NCBI GenBank assembly: GCA_020349685.1
Contig: CP070698.1
Span: 51,088 to 63,288, forward strand
DNA from: a bacterium
Lineage (GTDB): Bacteria > BMS3Abin14
Direction of reading: 5' to 3'
Length of the DNA: 12,201 nt
Position numbers and translations under genes: made by a program. This document shows positions 1-7,705 of this stretch, in pieces; position 1 is the stretch's first letter, and each line of letters starts with the position of its first letter. Under the pieces are notes generated by a model. It ran no database searches, was not told the origin of the DNA, and saw only the letters and a program-made list of their open reading frames with translations.

Positions 1-30
1 AGAAAGAACGGCTTATTTTTTTGGCAACAC

Positions 31-52
31 ATTGATAATGAATATCAATTTC
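31..52. promoter_or_regulatory. Fur-box-like iron-responsive operator
   Basis: 34-52 GATAATGAATATCAATTTC matches the classical Fur box GATAATGATAATCATTATC at 15/19 positions. It overlaps a perfect inverted repeat ATTGATA-N5-TATCAAT (31-49) and lies about 25 bp upstream of an iron ABC transporter operon. Confidence 0.85.
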
Positions 53-76
53 AAATTATGCAGAACGGAGGAACCC

Positions 77-1084
77 GTGAAGAAGAACCTGCCTTTATTG
101 TTGACCCTGTTTCTGCTGCTGGGCCTTGCAGTGCCCGTCAAGACCCTGGCCCGCGAACTGGTGATCTACTCGGCCCGCAACGAGCACCTCATCGAGCCCC
201 TTTTCAAAAAATATGAGAGCGAGGCAGGCGTCACCGTCCGCTTTATCACCGATAATGCCGGCGCGCTCATCCAGCGGATCAAGGCGGAGGGCCGCCGGTC
301 TCCGGCCGACGTGCTCATCACCGTGGATGCCGGCAACCTGTGGTACGCCGCCCAGCAGAAACTTCTCAAATCCGTTGACTCGCCTGTCCTTCGGGAGCGG
401 ATCCCGGAACATCTCCGGGATCCGGAGGGCCGCTGGTACGGGATCTCGGTCAGGGCGCGCACCATCGTGTACAGCACTCAGCGCGTCCAGCCCGCCGAGC
501 TGTCGACTTACGAGGCCCTCGGGAACCCGGAATGGAAGGGGCGCCTGATCCTGCGCACCTCCAAAAAGGTCTACAACCAGTCCCTGGTGGCCATGCTCAT
601 CGCCGAGCACGGTATCGACAGGACCGAGGAGATCGTCAGGTCCTGGGTCGGGAACCTGGCCACGGGACCCTTTTCCAACGATACCAAGGTCATGGAGGCG
701 ATCGTGGCAGGTCAGGGCGACGTGGGCATCGTGAACACCTACTATTTCGGACGCCTGTTGAAAGACAACCCCGAGCTGCCTCTCGCCCTCTTCTGGCCCG
801 ACCAGGGCGGCGCGGGTGTTCACATCAACGTATCGGGCGCCGGTGTGGTAGCCACTTCCGGAAAGGCCGACCTGGCCCTGCATTTCCTCGAGTGGTTGGC
901 CGGGGCCGAAGCCCAGAAGGTGTTCGCCGAGGCCAACATGGAATACCCCGCCTCGCCGGACGTCCAGGTGCACCCCCTCGTCAGGTCCTGGGGAACCTTC
1001 CGCTCCAGCAGCATGAACCTCGCCCGGGCGGGTGAACTGCAGACGGAAGCGATCAAACTCATGGATCGGGCCGATTACAGGTAG
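77..1084 (+). CDS. fbpA: Fe(III) ABC transporter substrate-binding protein (FbpA/FutA family)
   Basis: GTG at 77 follows GGAGG (67-71) and is preferred over the ORF-track start at 32, which lies inside the Fur box. Signal-peptide-like N-terminus (MKKNLPLLLTLFLLLGLAVP...). Family motifs IYSARNE, EGRRSPADVLITVDAGNL, VYNQSL, IVNTYY, GVHINVSG, NMEYP. Confidence 0.93.
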   Translation: MKKNLPLLLTLFLLLGLAVPVKTLARELVIYSARNEHLIEPLFKKYESEAGVTVRFITDNAGALIQRIKAEGRRSPADVLITVDAGNLWYAAQQKLLKSVDSPVLRERIPEHLRDPEGRWYGISVRARTIVYSTQRVQPAELSTYEALGNPEWKGRLILRTSKKVYNQSLVAMLIAEHGIDRTEEIVRSWVGNLATGPFSNDTKVMEAIVAGQGDVGIVNTYYFGRLLKDNPELPLALFWPDQGGAGVHINVSGAGVVATSGKADLALHFLEWLAGAEAQKVFAEANMEYPASPDVQVHPLVRSWGTFRSSSMNLARAGELQTEAIKLMDRADYR

Positions 1085-1089
1085 ATGCC

Positions 1090-2733
1090 GTGAACTTGCC
1101 CCTCCGCCTCAGGCGACCCGACGGCTGGACCGTCACAGCCCTTGCCGCCGCCGCTCTGGTGGCGGTTCCCATCGCGGCCATTCTTTCGGAATCGGTCAAA
1201 CCGTCCGGGGAGGTCCTGGGTCACCTGGCCTCCACCATGATGGTGCGCCTGGTCCTGAACACGCTCGCGCTGGCTGGGGGTGTCGCCGTCCTGACCACCA
1301 TCATCGGTGTCAGCCTCGCCTGGCTGACCGCCGTTTGCGAGTTCCCGGGGCGGCGGGTGCTGTCATGGCTCCTGCTTCTCCCCATGGCCATGCCGGCCTA
1401 CGTCCTGGCCTTCACTTTCCTGGGCCTCATGGATTTTTCCGGTCCGATTTACCGTCTGCTCCAGGCCGCCGGACTGCCGGCCCCAGCCGACCCGAGGTCG
1501 GTGTGGGGCATGATCCTCGTCATGTCCCTTTGCCTTTACCCCTACGTCTACCTCATGGCGCGCAGCGCCTTCCTGTCCATGGGTATCCGCAGCATGGAAG
1601 CGGCACGTTCCCTGGGACTCAGTCCGGTGAAAGCCTTTTTCAGCGTGGCCCTTCCCATGGCCAGGCCGTGGATCGCCGGAGGGGTCATGCTGGTGGTGAT
1701 GGAGGTCCTGGCCGATTTTGGAGCCGTCTCCATCTTCAATTACGATACCTTCACCACAGCGATCTACAAGGCCTGGTTCGGTTTCTTCTCCCTCTCGGCC
1801 GCGGCCAAACTCTCCGGGATCCTCAGCGTGTTCGCCCTCACGGCCCTCCTCACCGAGCAGCGGGTGAGGTCCAAGATGCGCTTTACCGCCATGGGCAGGG
1901 ACCAGCGCGACTCCGACCGGTTCGTGCTGTCGGGAGCTTGGAAGGTCACCGCTGTCGTCTATGCCATTTTCATCCTCGCGGCGGCCTTTCTCCTGCCGGT
2001 GGGGCAGCTCCTCGTATGGTGCGTGTCGTCCTTTGCCAGCGAGTTCGACAAGGGGTACCTGGCGGACCTGCGCAACACCCTGCTGCTGGGGGCATTGGGC
2101 GCGGCCCTCGTGTGCTCGGCGGCCCTCGTCCTGTCCTACGCCGCCCGTCTTCACAAGAGGGGTCCTGTGAGGCACCTCGTGCGCATCTCGACCCTGGGCT
2201 ACGCCCTGCCCGGCACCGTCCTCGCCGTGGGCGTGGTCATACCCTCCGCCGGTTTCGACAACATCCTGGCCTCCATTGCCGGGTTCCTGGGCCTGCCGCT
2301 GGCGCCGGCGATCCAGGGCACCGTTCCGGTAATGCTGGCCGCCTACATGGTGCGCTTCCTGGCGGTGGGGTTTAACCCCGTGGACAGCGCCATGCACAGG
2401 GTAACGAGGAGCATCGACGAGACGGCCCGCACGCTGGGCTCCCGGGGGCTGGGTCTCCTGAGGCGGATCTACGTTCCTCTTTTGAGGGGGGGTATCATGA
2501 CGGCCGGCATCCTGGTCCTCGTGGATGTCATGAAGGAGATGCCCATCACTCTCATGACGCGCCCCTTCGGTGTGGATACCCTGGCCGTCAAGATCTTCGA
2601 GCTGACCTCCGAAGGCGAGTGGCACAGAGCTGCCCTTCCCGCGGTAACCCTGGTGCTTACCGGCCTTATCCCGGTGGCCCTGCTGACAAGGTTCTCAGAG
2701 ATGTCCCTTTCCAGGAGAAAAGCAGATGAATAG
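1090..2733 (+). CDS. fbpB: Fe(III) ABC transporter permease (fused double transmembrane domain, FbpB family)
   Basis: 547 aa, highly hydrophobic. Two EAA-type loops (MEAARSLG, IDETARTLG). Motifs LPMAMPAYV, YPYVYL, EVLADFG, GYALPGTV, DVMKEMP. Starts 5 bp after the binding-protein stop. Confidence 0.93.
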   Translation: MNLPLRLRRPDGWTVTALAAAALVAVPIAAILSESVKPSGEVLGHLASTMMVRLVLNTLALAGGVAVLTTIIGVSLAWLTAVCEFPGRRVLSWLLLLPMAMPAYVLAFTFLGLMDFSGPIYRLLQAAGLPAPADPRSVWGMILVMSLCLYPYVYLMARSAFLSMGIRSMEAARSLGLSPVKAFFSVALPMARPWIAGGVMLVVMEVLADFGAVSIFNYDTFTTAIYKAWFGFFSLSAAAKLSGILSVFALTALLTEQRVRSKMRFTAMGRDQRDSDRFVLSGAWKVTAVVYAIFILAAAFLLPVGQLLVWCVSSFASEFDKGYLADLRNTLLLGALGAALVCSAALVLSYAARLHKRGPVRHLVRISTLGYALPGTVLAVGVVIPSAGFDNILASIAGFLGLPLAPAIQGTVPVMLAAYMVRFLAVGFNPVDSAMHRVTRSIDETARTLGSRGLGLLRRIYVPLLRGGIMTAGILVLVDVMKEMPITLMTRPFGVDTLAVKIFELTSEGEWHRAALPAVTLVLTGLIPVALLTRFSEMSLSRRKADE

Positions 2734-3829
2734 CGTCCTTGATGTAAAAACGCTCGAGGTGGGTTACGGCAACGGCCCGGTGGTGAAGGACCTCTCCCTG
2801 AACCTGTCCAGGGGTGCCATCGGCTGCCTCCTGGGCCCCAGCGGCTGCGGCAAGACCACCGTTCTGAGGACCATCGCCGGTTTCGAGAGAGCTTCCGGCG
2901 GGAAGATCTCCCTGCACGGCAAGAGCGTGGATCACAACGGGACCTATATCCCCGCGGAGAAAAGAAGGACCGGGATGGTGTTCCAGGATTACGCCCTTTT
3001 CCCCCACCTCACCGTCAGGGAAAACGTCTCCTTCGGCATGAGGAACCTTCCGGCCCGGACCAGAACGGAACGGGTCAGAACCCTGCTGGACAAGGTCGGC
3101 CTCGGCAAGCTCGGGGATTCCTACCCCCACGAACTTTCCGGCGGTCAGCAGCAGCGGGTGGCTCTCGCCCGGGCCCTGGCACCTCAGCCCGAGATCCTCC
3201 TCCTGGACGAACCGTTCTCCAATCTCGACGTGACCCTCCGGGAGTCCCTGGTGCACGAGGTCCGCAGCATCATCAAGGGCACCGGAGCCACGGCACTCCT
3301 GGTGACCCACAACCAGAGCGAGGCTTTCGCCATGGCTGATGAGATCGGCGTCATGTCTGCCGGCAGGCTCCTGCAGTGGGGCCCCGCCAGGGACCTCTAC
3401 CACCGGCCCGCGTGCAGGGAGGTCGCCGAATTCATCGGAAAAGGAACGTTTCTCGAGTGCGAGGCCCTGGACGACAGCCGGGTCCGCACCTCCCTGGGCG
3501 TCATCGAGGGGGCCCCGGTCCACCCCATAAAACGCGGGGAGCGGGGCATGGTCCTCATCAGGCCCGAAGACATCGTCCACGATGATCACAGCCCTTTCAA
3601 GACGGTCGTCACCGACAGGATCTACCGGGGCCCCAACATCCTGTACTTCCTGAGGCTCGACAGCGGGGAGGAGGTCCTCTCACTGGTGCCGAGCCACCAC
3701 GACCACCCCGAAGGCGGAAAGCTGGGCATCCGCGTGGAACTGGAGGAGTTGGTGGTGTTTGTTAAAAACAGGAGTCAGGAGACAGGAGTCAGAAGACAGG
3801 AGGAAGCCGCCAAGACCGCAGTGGCGTGA
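2726..3829 (+). CDS. fbpC: Fe(III) ABC transporter ATP-binding subunit (FbpC family)
   Basis: Walker A GPSGCGKT, Q-loop VFQDYALFPH, signature LSGGQQQR, Walker B LLLDEPFSNLD, H-loop VTH, and a C-terminal TOBE-like region. Overlaps the permease stop by 8 bp. Confidence 0.93.
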   Translation: MNSVLDVKTLEVGYGNGPVVKDLSLNLSRGAIGCLLGPSGCGKTTVLRTIAGFERASGGKISLHGKSVDHNGTYIPAEKRRTGMVFQDYALFPHLTVRENVSFGMRNLPARTRTERVRTLLDKVGLGKLGDSYPHELSGGQQQRVALARALAPQPEILLLDEPFSNLDVTLRESLVHEVRSIIKGTGATALLVTHNQSEAFAMADEIGVMSAGRLLQWGPARDLYHRPACREVAEFIGKGTFLECEALDDSRVRTSLGVIEGAPVHPIKRGERGMVLIRPEDIVHDDHSPFKTVVTDRIYRGPNILYFLRLDSGEEVLSLVPSHHDHPEGGKLGIRVELEELVVFVKNRSQETGVRRQEEAAKTAVA

Positions 3830-3957
3830 AAACTTTTCTGTTTAAGTATTTGTAATTATGGGAAATAACCATAATGGTCAATAGGATACAACCTGTTTAG
3901 GGAGTATTATTCCAGGGGCTTTTCTCCTGATTCCTGTCTCCTGACTTCTGGCTCCTG
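3769..3957. repeat. Mirrored heptamer tandem arrays: (CAGGAGN)x5 ... (NCTCCTG)x5
   Basis: Left arm 3769-3803: caggagt caggaga caggagt cagaaga caggagg. Right arm 3923-3957: tctcctg attcctg tctcctg acttctg gctcctg (reverse complement caggagc cagaagt caggaga caggaat caggaga). The 119-bp spacer is largely AT-rich. Confidence 0.9.
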
Positions 3958-3960
3958 CCC

Positions 3961-6648
3961 TTAATGCGCTTGCGCCCAGTTCTTCCCCCACCCCACCTCC
4001 ACGACGAGGGGCACCGCCAGATCCATGACACCCTCCATGATCCCGGTGACGCAGGCGGCGGCCTCGGAAGCCTTCTCCACGGGCACTTCGAACACCAGTT
4101 CGTCGTGCACCTGGAGGATCATCTTCGCACCCGGTATCACCCCCCCCAGCGCGTCGTGAACCCGGAGCATGGCGACCTTGATGAGGTCCGCGGCCGTCCC
4201 CTGAATGGGCGTGTTCACCGCCATGCGCTCGCCGTACTGACGTATGTTGGGGTTCCTGGATGCCAGTTCCGGAAGGTACCGCCGGCGGTTCAGCAGGGTC
4301 TGGACGTACCCGAGCTCCCTGGCCTGGGCGAGGGTCTGGTCGTTAAACTCCTTCACTCCGGAATACACGTCGAAGTACCCCGCGATAATGGCCGCGGCCT
4401 CCCCCGGCCCGATGCCCAGCTCCCTGGAGAGCCCGTAGGCGCTCATGCCGTAGATGATCCCGAAGTTGACGACCTTGGCCCTGCGGCGCAGCTCCGGCTC
4501 CACCGCTTTCTCGTCGGCACCGAAGACCTGGCGCGCGGTCCTGGCATGGATGTCTTCGTTGGTCTGGAAGGCCTCCAGCAGGTTCCGGTCCCCGGACAGG
4601 TGGGCGAGGATGCGCAGTTCGATCTGGCTGTAGTCCGCCGAGAGGAGCACGGTCCCCGGTGGTGAAACGAAGGCCTCCCGGATGCGCCGCCCCTCTTCGG
4701 TCCTGATGGGGATGTTCTGAAGGTTCGGATCGGAAGAGGAGAGCCTCCCCGTGGCGGTGGCGGTCTGGTTGAAGGAGGTGTGGACCCGGCCCGTTTCGGG
4801 GTGGATCAGTCCCGGGAGGGCGTCCACGTAGGTGGACTTTAATTTGGCCACGGTCCGGTAGTCCCTGACCATGGCCGGCAGGTGGTGCTTTCCGGAAAGT
4901 TCGAGAAGAACGTCGTCGTTGGTGGAGTACCCGGTCTTGGTCTTTTTCACCGGAGGCAGGCCCAGTTCGGTGAAGAGCACCTGCGCCAGCTGCCTGGGGG
5001 AGTTGATGTTGAAGGGATGCCCGGCCTCGTTGTGGATCTTCCCCTCCAGATCCTTGAGCCGGGCGCCCAGGTCCCGCGAGATACGCGACAGCATGTCCAC
5101 GTCCAGGAGGATGCCCGCCATCTCCATGTCGTTGAGAACGGTGACCAGGGGCATCTCCACCTCTTCGAACAGCTCCACAAGCCCCTTGTCCCTCAGCCTG
5201 GACATAAGGGGGCCTGCGGCCCGGAAGGTGACGTCGGAGTCCTCGCAGGAATAGTCCGAAGCCTCTTTAACAGGGACCTCGGCAAAGGAGACCTGGTCCC
5301 GCCCTCTTTTCGTGAGCTCCTTGTAGGAGATCATGGTGTGGCCGAAAAGTTCCGAGGCGATCTCCTCGAGGCCGTGGCTCCTTCTGTCGGGACTGTCCAG
5401 CCAGGAGGCGACCATCGTGTCGAAGGAGATCCCCCGGACATCCCATCCTGCCCTCTTCAGGACTTTGAGGTCGTACTTGATGTTCTGTCCTATCTTCTTC
5501 TTTCCGGGATCGGCCAGGAGGGGGCCCAGCTTTCTCCTCACAGCCTCAGCCTCCAGCTGTGCCGGCACTCCGAGGTAGGAGTGCTTCAGGGGAACGTAGG
5601 CGGCCTGGCCCTCCGCCCAGGAAAAGGAGATCCCCACGAGATCGGCTCTCATGGGGTCCCGGCTGTCCGTCTCTGTGTCCAGGGCGAAGCGGTCCACGGA
5701 TCCCAGACAGGCAGCCAGGTCTTCGAGATCCCCGGCGGTGATGACGGTGCGGTACCCGGCCCGTCCCAGAACCTCCCGGGGCGCCAGCTCGTTGACGAGC
5801 TTCACGAACTCGAGCTCCTCGAAGAGCGCGCGGACGGCATCGGTATCGAGCCCGGACAGGGCGAGATCGTCAAGGGCCAGGTCCAGCGGGACGTCGTCCT
5901 TGAGCCTGACGAGGGAAAGGGAGGTGATCAGCTCCTCCGCCTGCCCGGGCAGCTGTTCACCGACCCTGCCGCCCACCTCCTCACTGTGATCGAGGAGCCC
6001 CTCGACGCTGCCGAACCTGGCGATGAGCTTTCCCGCCGTCTTGGGTCCCACGCCTGCAAGGCCGGGGATGTTGTCGGAGGGGTCGCCCATGAGGGCCTGA
6101 ACATGGACCACCTGGGCCGGCTTGACGCCGAACTTTTCACTGACCGCCTCCTCGTCCACCCAGCGGTCCTTCATGGTGTCGAGCATGAGGACCCTGTCGT
6201 CGGCGACGAGCTGCATGAGGTCCTTGTCCGAGGAGACGATGACGACCCTGTCCACCTTGTCGGCGAAGGCGCGCACCATGGTGGCGATGATGTCGTCGGC
6301 CTCCACGCCGGCGATCCTGACGGCAGGCACGTTGAAGGCGGTGACCAGATCATCGATGCGCGGCAGCTGGAGGGCAAGGTCCTCCGGCATCGGGGGCCTG
6401 TTGGCCTTGTACTCGGGATAGATCTCGTGCCGGAAGGTCGGTCCGGGGGAGTCGAGGACCATGGCCGCGTAGGTGGGCCTGTGGTCCCTGAGCACCTTGA
6501 GGAGCATGTTGGCGAAACCGAAGATGGCGTTGGTGGGAAAACCCGAGCGCGTGCTTAAGGAACGGATGGCGTGGTAGGCGCGGTAGATGTAGGAGGAGCC
6601 GTCGATGAGAAACAGGGTGCGTTCGCCCGGATCCGGAGTTTGAGTCAA
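3961..6648 (-). CDS. polA: DNA polymerase I
   Basis: 895 aa. 5'-3' exonuclease domain (LIDGSSYIYRAYH, EADD, SSDKD, MGDPSDNIPG). 3'-5' exonuclease motifs have their acidic residues intact (DTET, NIKYD, YSCED). Polymerase motifs A DYSQIELR, B RRRAKVVNFGIIYG, C QVHDEL. TTG start 7 nt downstream of GGGAG. Confidence 0.98.
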   Translation of the reverse strand: MTQTPDPGERTLFLIDGSSYIYRAYHAIRSLSTRSGFPTNAIFGFANMLLKVLRDHRPTYAAMVLDSPGPTFRHEIYPEYKANRPPMPEDLALQLPRIDDLVTAFNVPAVRIAGVEADDIIATMVRAFADKVDRVVIVSSDKDLMQLVADDRVLMLDTMKDRWVDEEAVSEKFGVKPAQVVHVQALMGDPSDNIPGLAGVGPKTAGKLIARFGSVEGLLDHSEEVGGRVGEQLPGQAEELITSLSLVRLKDDVPLDLALDDLALSGLDTDAVRALFEELEFVKLVNELAPREVLGRAGYRTVITAGDLEDLAACLGSVDRFALDTETDSRDPMRADLVGISFSWAEGQAAYVPLKHSYLGVPAQLEAEAVRRKLGPLLADPGKKKIGQNIKYDLKVLKRAGWDVRGISFDTMVASWLDSPDRRSHGLEEIASELFGHTMISYKELTKRGRDQVSFAEVPVKEASDYSCEDSDVTFRAAGPLMSRLRDKGLVELFEEVEMPLVTVLNDMEMAGILLDVDMLSRISRDLGARLKDLEGKIHNEAGHPFNINSPRQLAQVLFTELGLPPVKKTKTGYSTNDDVLLELSGKHHLPAMVRDYRTVAKLKSTYVDALPGLIHPETGRVHTSFNQTATATGRLSSSDPNLQNIPIRTEEGRRIREAFVSPPGTVLLSADYSQIELRILAHLSGDRNLLEAFQTNEDIHARTARQVFGADEKAVEPELRRRAKVVNFGIIYGMSAYGLSRELGIGPGEAAAIIAGYFDVYSGVKEFNDQTLAQARELGYVQTLLNRRRYLPELASRNPNIRQYGERMAVNTPIQGTAADLIKVAMLRVHDALGGVIPGAKMILQVHDELVFEVPVEKASEAAACVTGIMEGVMDLAVPLVVEVGWGKNWAQAH

Positions 6649-6665
6649 AACATTGCTCCCGGGAG

Positions 6666-6756
6666 TGGTGTCTAGTGTCTGGTTCTAGTTTCTAGCTGCA
6701 GGCAATTAGTTTCTCACGTATTTTATCTAGACACCAGAACTAGACCCCAGACACTA
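6666..6756. repeat. Mirrored heptamer tandem arrays (TRGTGTC family) forming a 30-bp imperfect inverted repeat
   Basis: Left arm 6666-6695: tggtgtc tagtgtc tggttc tagtttc tag. Right arm 6727-6756, reverse complemented: tagtgtc tggggtc tagttc tggtgtc tag. 24/30 identical without gaps; 31-nt loop. Confidence 0.9.
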
Positions 6757-7677
6757 TTACTTAACCACCGTCACCCACCCCATGTGCTTTTCGTCCTCCC
6801 CGTGGACGGCCTTGAAATAGGCATCCTGGATGGCCTTCGTCACCGGGCCCGGCTTTCCCTCTCCAATGGCCCTGTCGTCCACCTCGCGGATGGGGGTGAT
6901 CTCGGCCGCGGTTCCCGTGAAGAAGGCCTCGTCGGCAATGTACAGCTCGTCGCGGGTGAACCTGTCTTCCACCACCTTGTAGCCCATCTCCGCGGCAAGG
7001 GTGAAGACGCAGTCCCGGGTGATCCCGCTGAGGATGGAGGTCAGATTGGTGGTTTTGATGACTCCGTTCCTGACCATGAAGAGGTTCTCACCGCTGCCCT
7101 CACTGATATACCCGTCCGTGTCGAGCATGATGGTTTCCTGGTATCCCGCCTGGATCGCCTCCCTTTTTGCCAGGATGGAGTTGACGTAGGCGCCGTTGAT
7201 CTTGGCCTTGGTCATGATGGCGTTGACGTGGTTCCTGGAAAAGGAGGAGATCTTTGCCCGGATACCGTTTTTCAGGCCGTCCTCCCCCAGGTAGGCCCCC
7301 CAGGCCCATGCGGCGATGAAGACGCCCACGGGGTGGTCCTCGTTGACCAGCAGGCCCATGGGCCCGTCCTTGAGGTAGACCACCGGTCTTATGTAACCGT
7401 CGGCAAGGCCGTTGGCGCGCACGATCTCAAGGTGGGCCTCGTAGAGGGTGTCCCAGTCGTAGGGCACCTTGATGCGGCACACGTGGCTGGAGTCGTAAAG
7501 CCTCCTGAGGTGATCATCCAGACGGAAGATGCCCGGCCCCTTCGGTGTCCGGTAAAAGCGGATCCCCTCGAAAACACCCAGCCCGTAGTGCAGGGTGTGG
7601 GTCAGGACATGGACCCGGGCTTCGTCCCAGTTCACCATCTCCCCGTTCATCCAGATCTTCGACACTGGTGCCACCAT
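6757..7677 (-). CDS. ilvE: Branched-chain amino acid aminotransferase (PLP fold type IV)
   Basis: 306 aa. Motifs HTLHYGLGVFEGIR, GYIRP, KAKINGAYVNS (PLP lysine), EGSGEN, ILSGITR, ADEAFFTGTAAEITP. GGAGG RBS at 7690-7686. TAA stop followed directly by TAG. Confidence 0.96.
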   Translation of the reverse strand: MVAPVSKIWMNGEMVNWDEARVHVLTHTLHYGLGVFEGIRFYRTPKGPGIFRLDDHLRRLYDSSHVCRIKVPYDWDTLYEAHLEIVRANGLADGYIRPVVYLKDGPMGLLVNEDHPVGVFIAAWAWGAYLGEDGLKNGIRAKISSFSRNHVNAIMTKAKINGAYVNSILAKREAIQAGYQETIMLDTDGYISEGSGENLFMVRNGVIKTTNLTSILSGITRDCVFTLAAEMGYKVVEDRFTRDELYIADEAFFTGTAAEITPIREVDDRAIGEGKPGPVTKAIQDAYFKAVHGEDEKHMGWVTVVK

Positions 7678-7705
7678 TCAACGGTCCTCCGTAATGATTA
7701 ATTTT

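Noticed and set aside
22-36. Possible sigma-54 promoter TGGCAAC...TTGA
   Set aside because: The spacing is one base short and the conserved GC of the -12 element is missing.
32-76. Longer N-termini from the ORF track for fbpA (start 32) and mtnA (start 11924)
   Set aside because: The downstream starts at 77 and 11885 have GGAGG ribosome-binding sites and match the expected protein N-termini; the extensions run through the Fur box and a repeat, respectively.
6656-6665. Palindrome CTCCCGGGAG covering the polA Shine-Dalgarno
   Set aside because: It has no loop, so only a ~3-bp stem is possible in RNA, and it is plausible by chance at this GC content.
95-7701. Other long alternative-frame or antisense ORFs (e.g. 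95-973, 1032-2375, 1363-2625, 2666-3589, 3964-4665, 4882-6558, 6784-7701; likewise 10602-11966)
   Set aside because: All overlap well-supported genes and show composition typical of GC-rich off-frame translation, with no family motifs.
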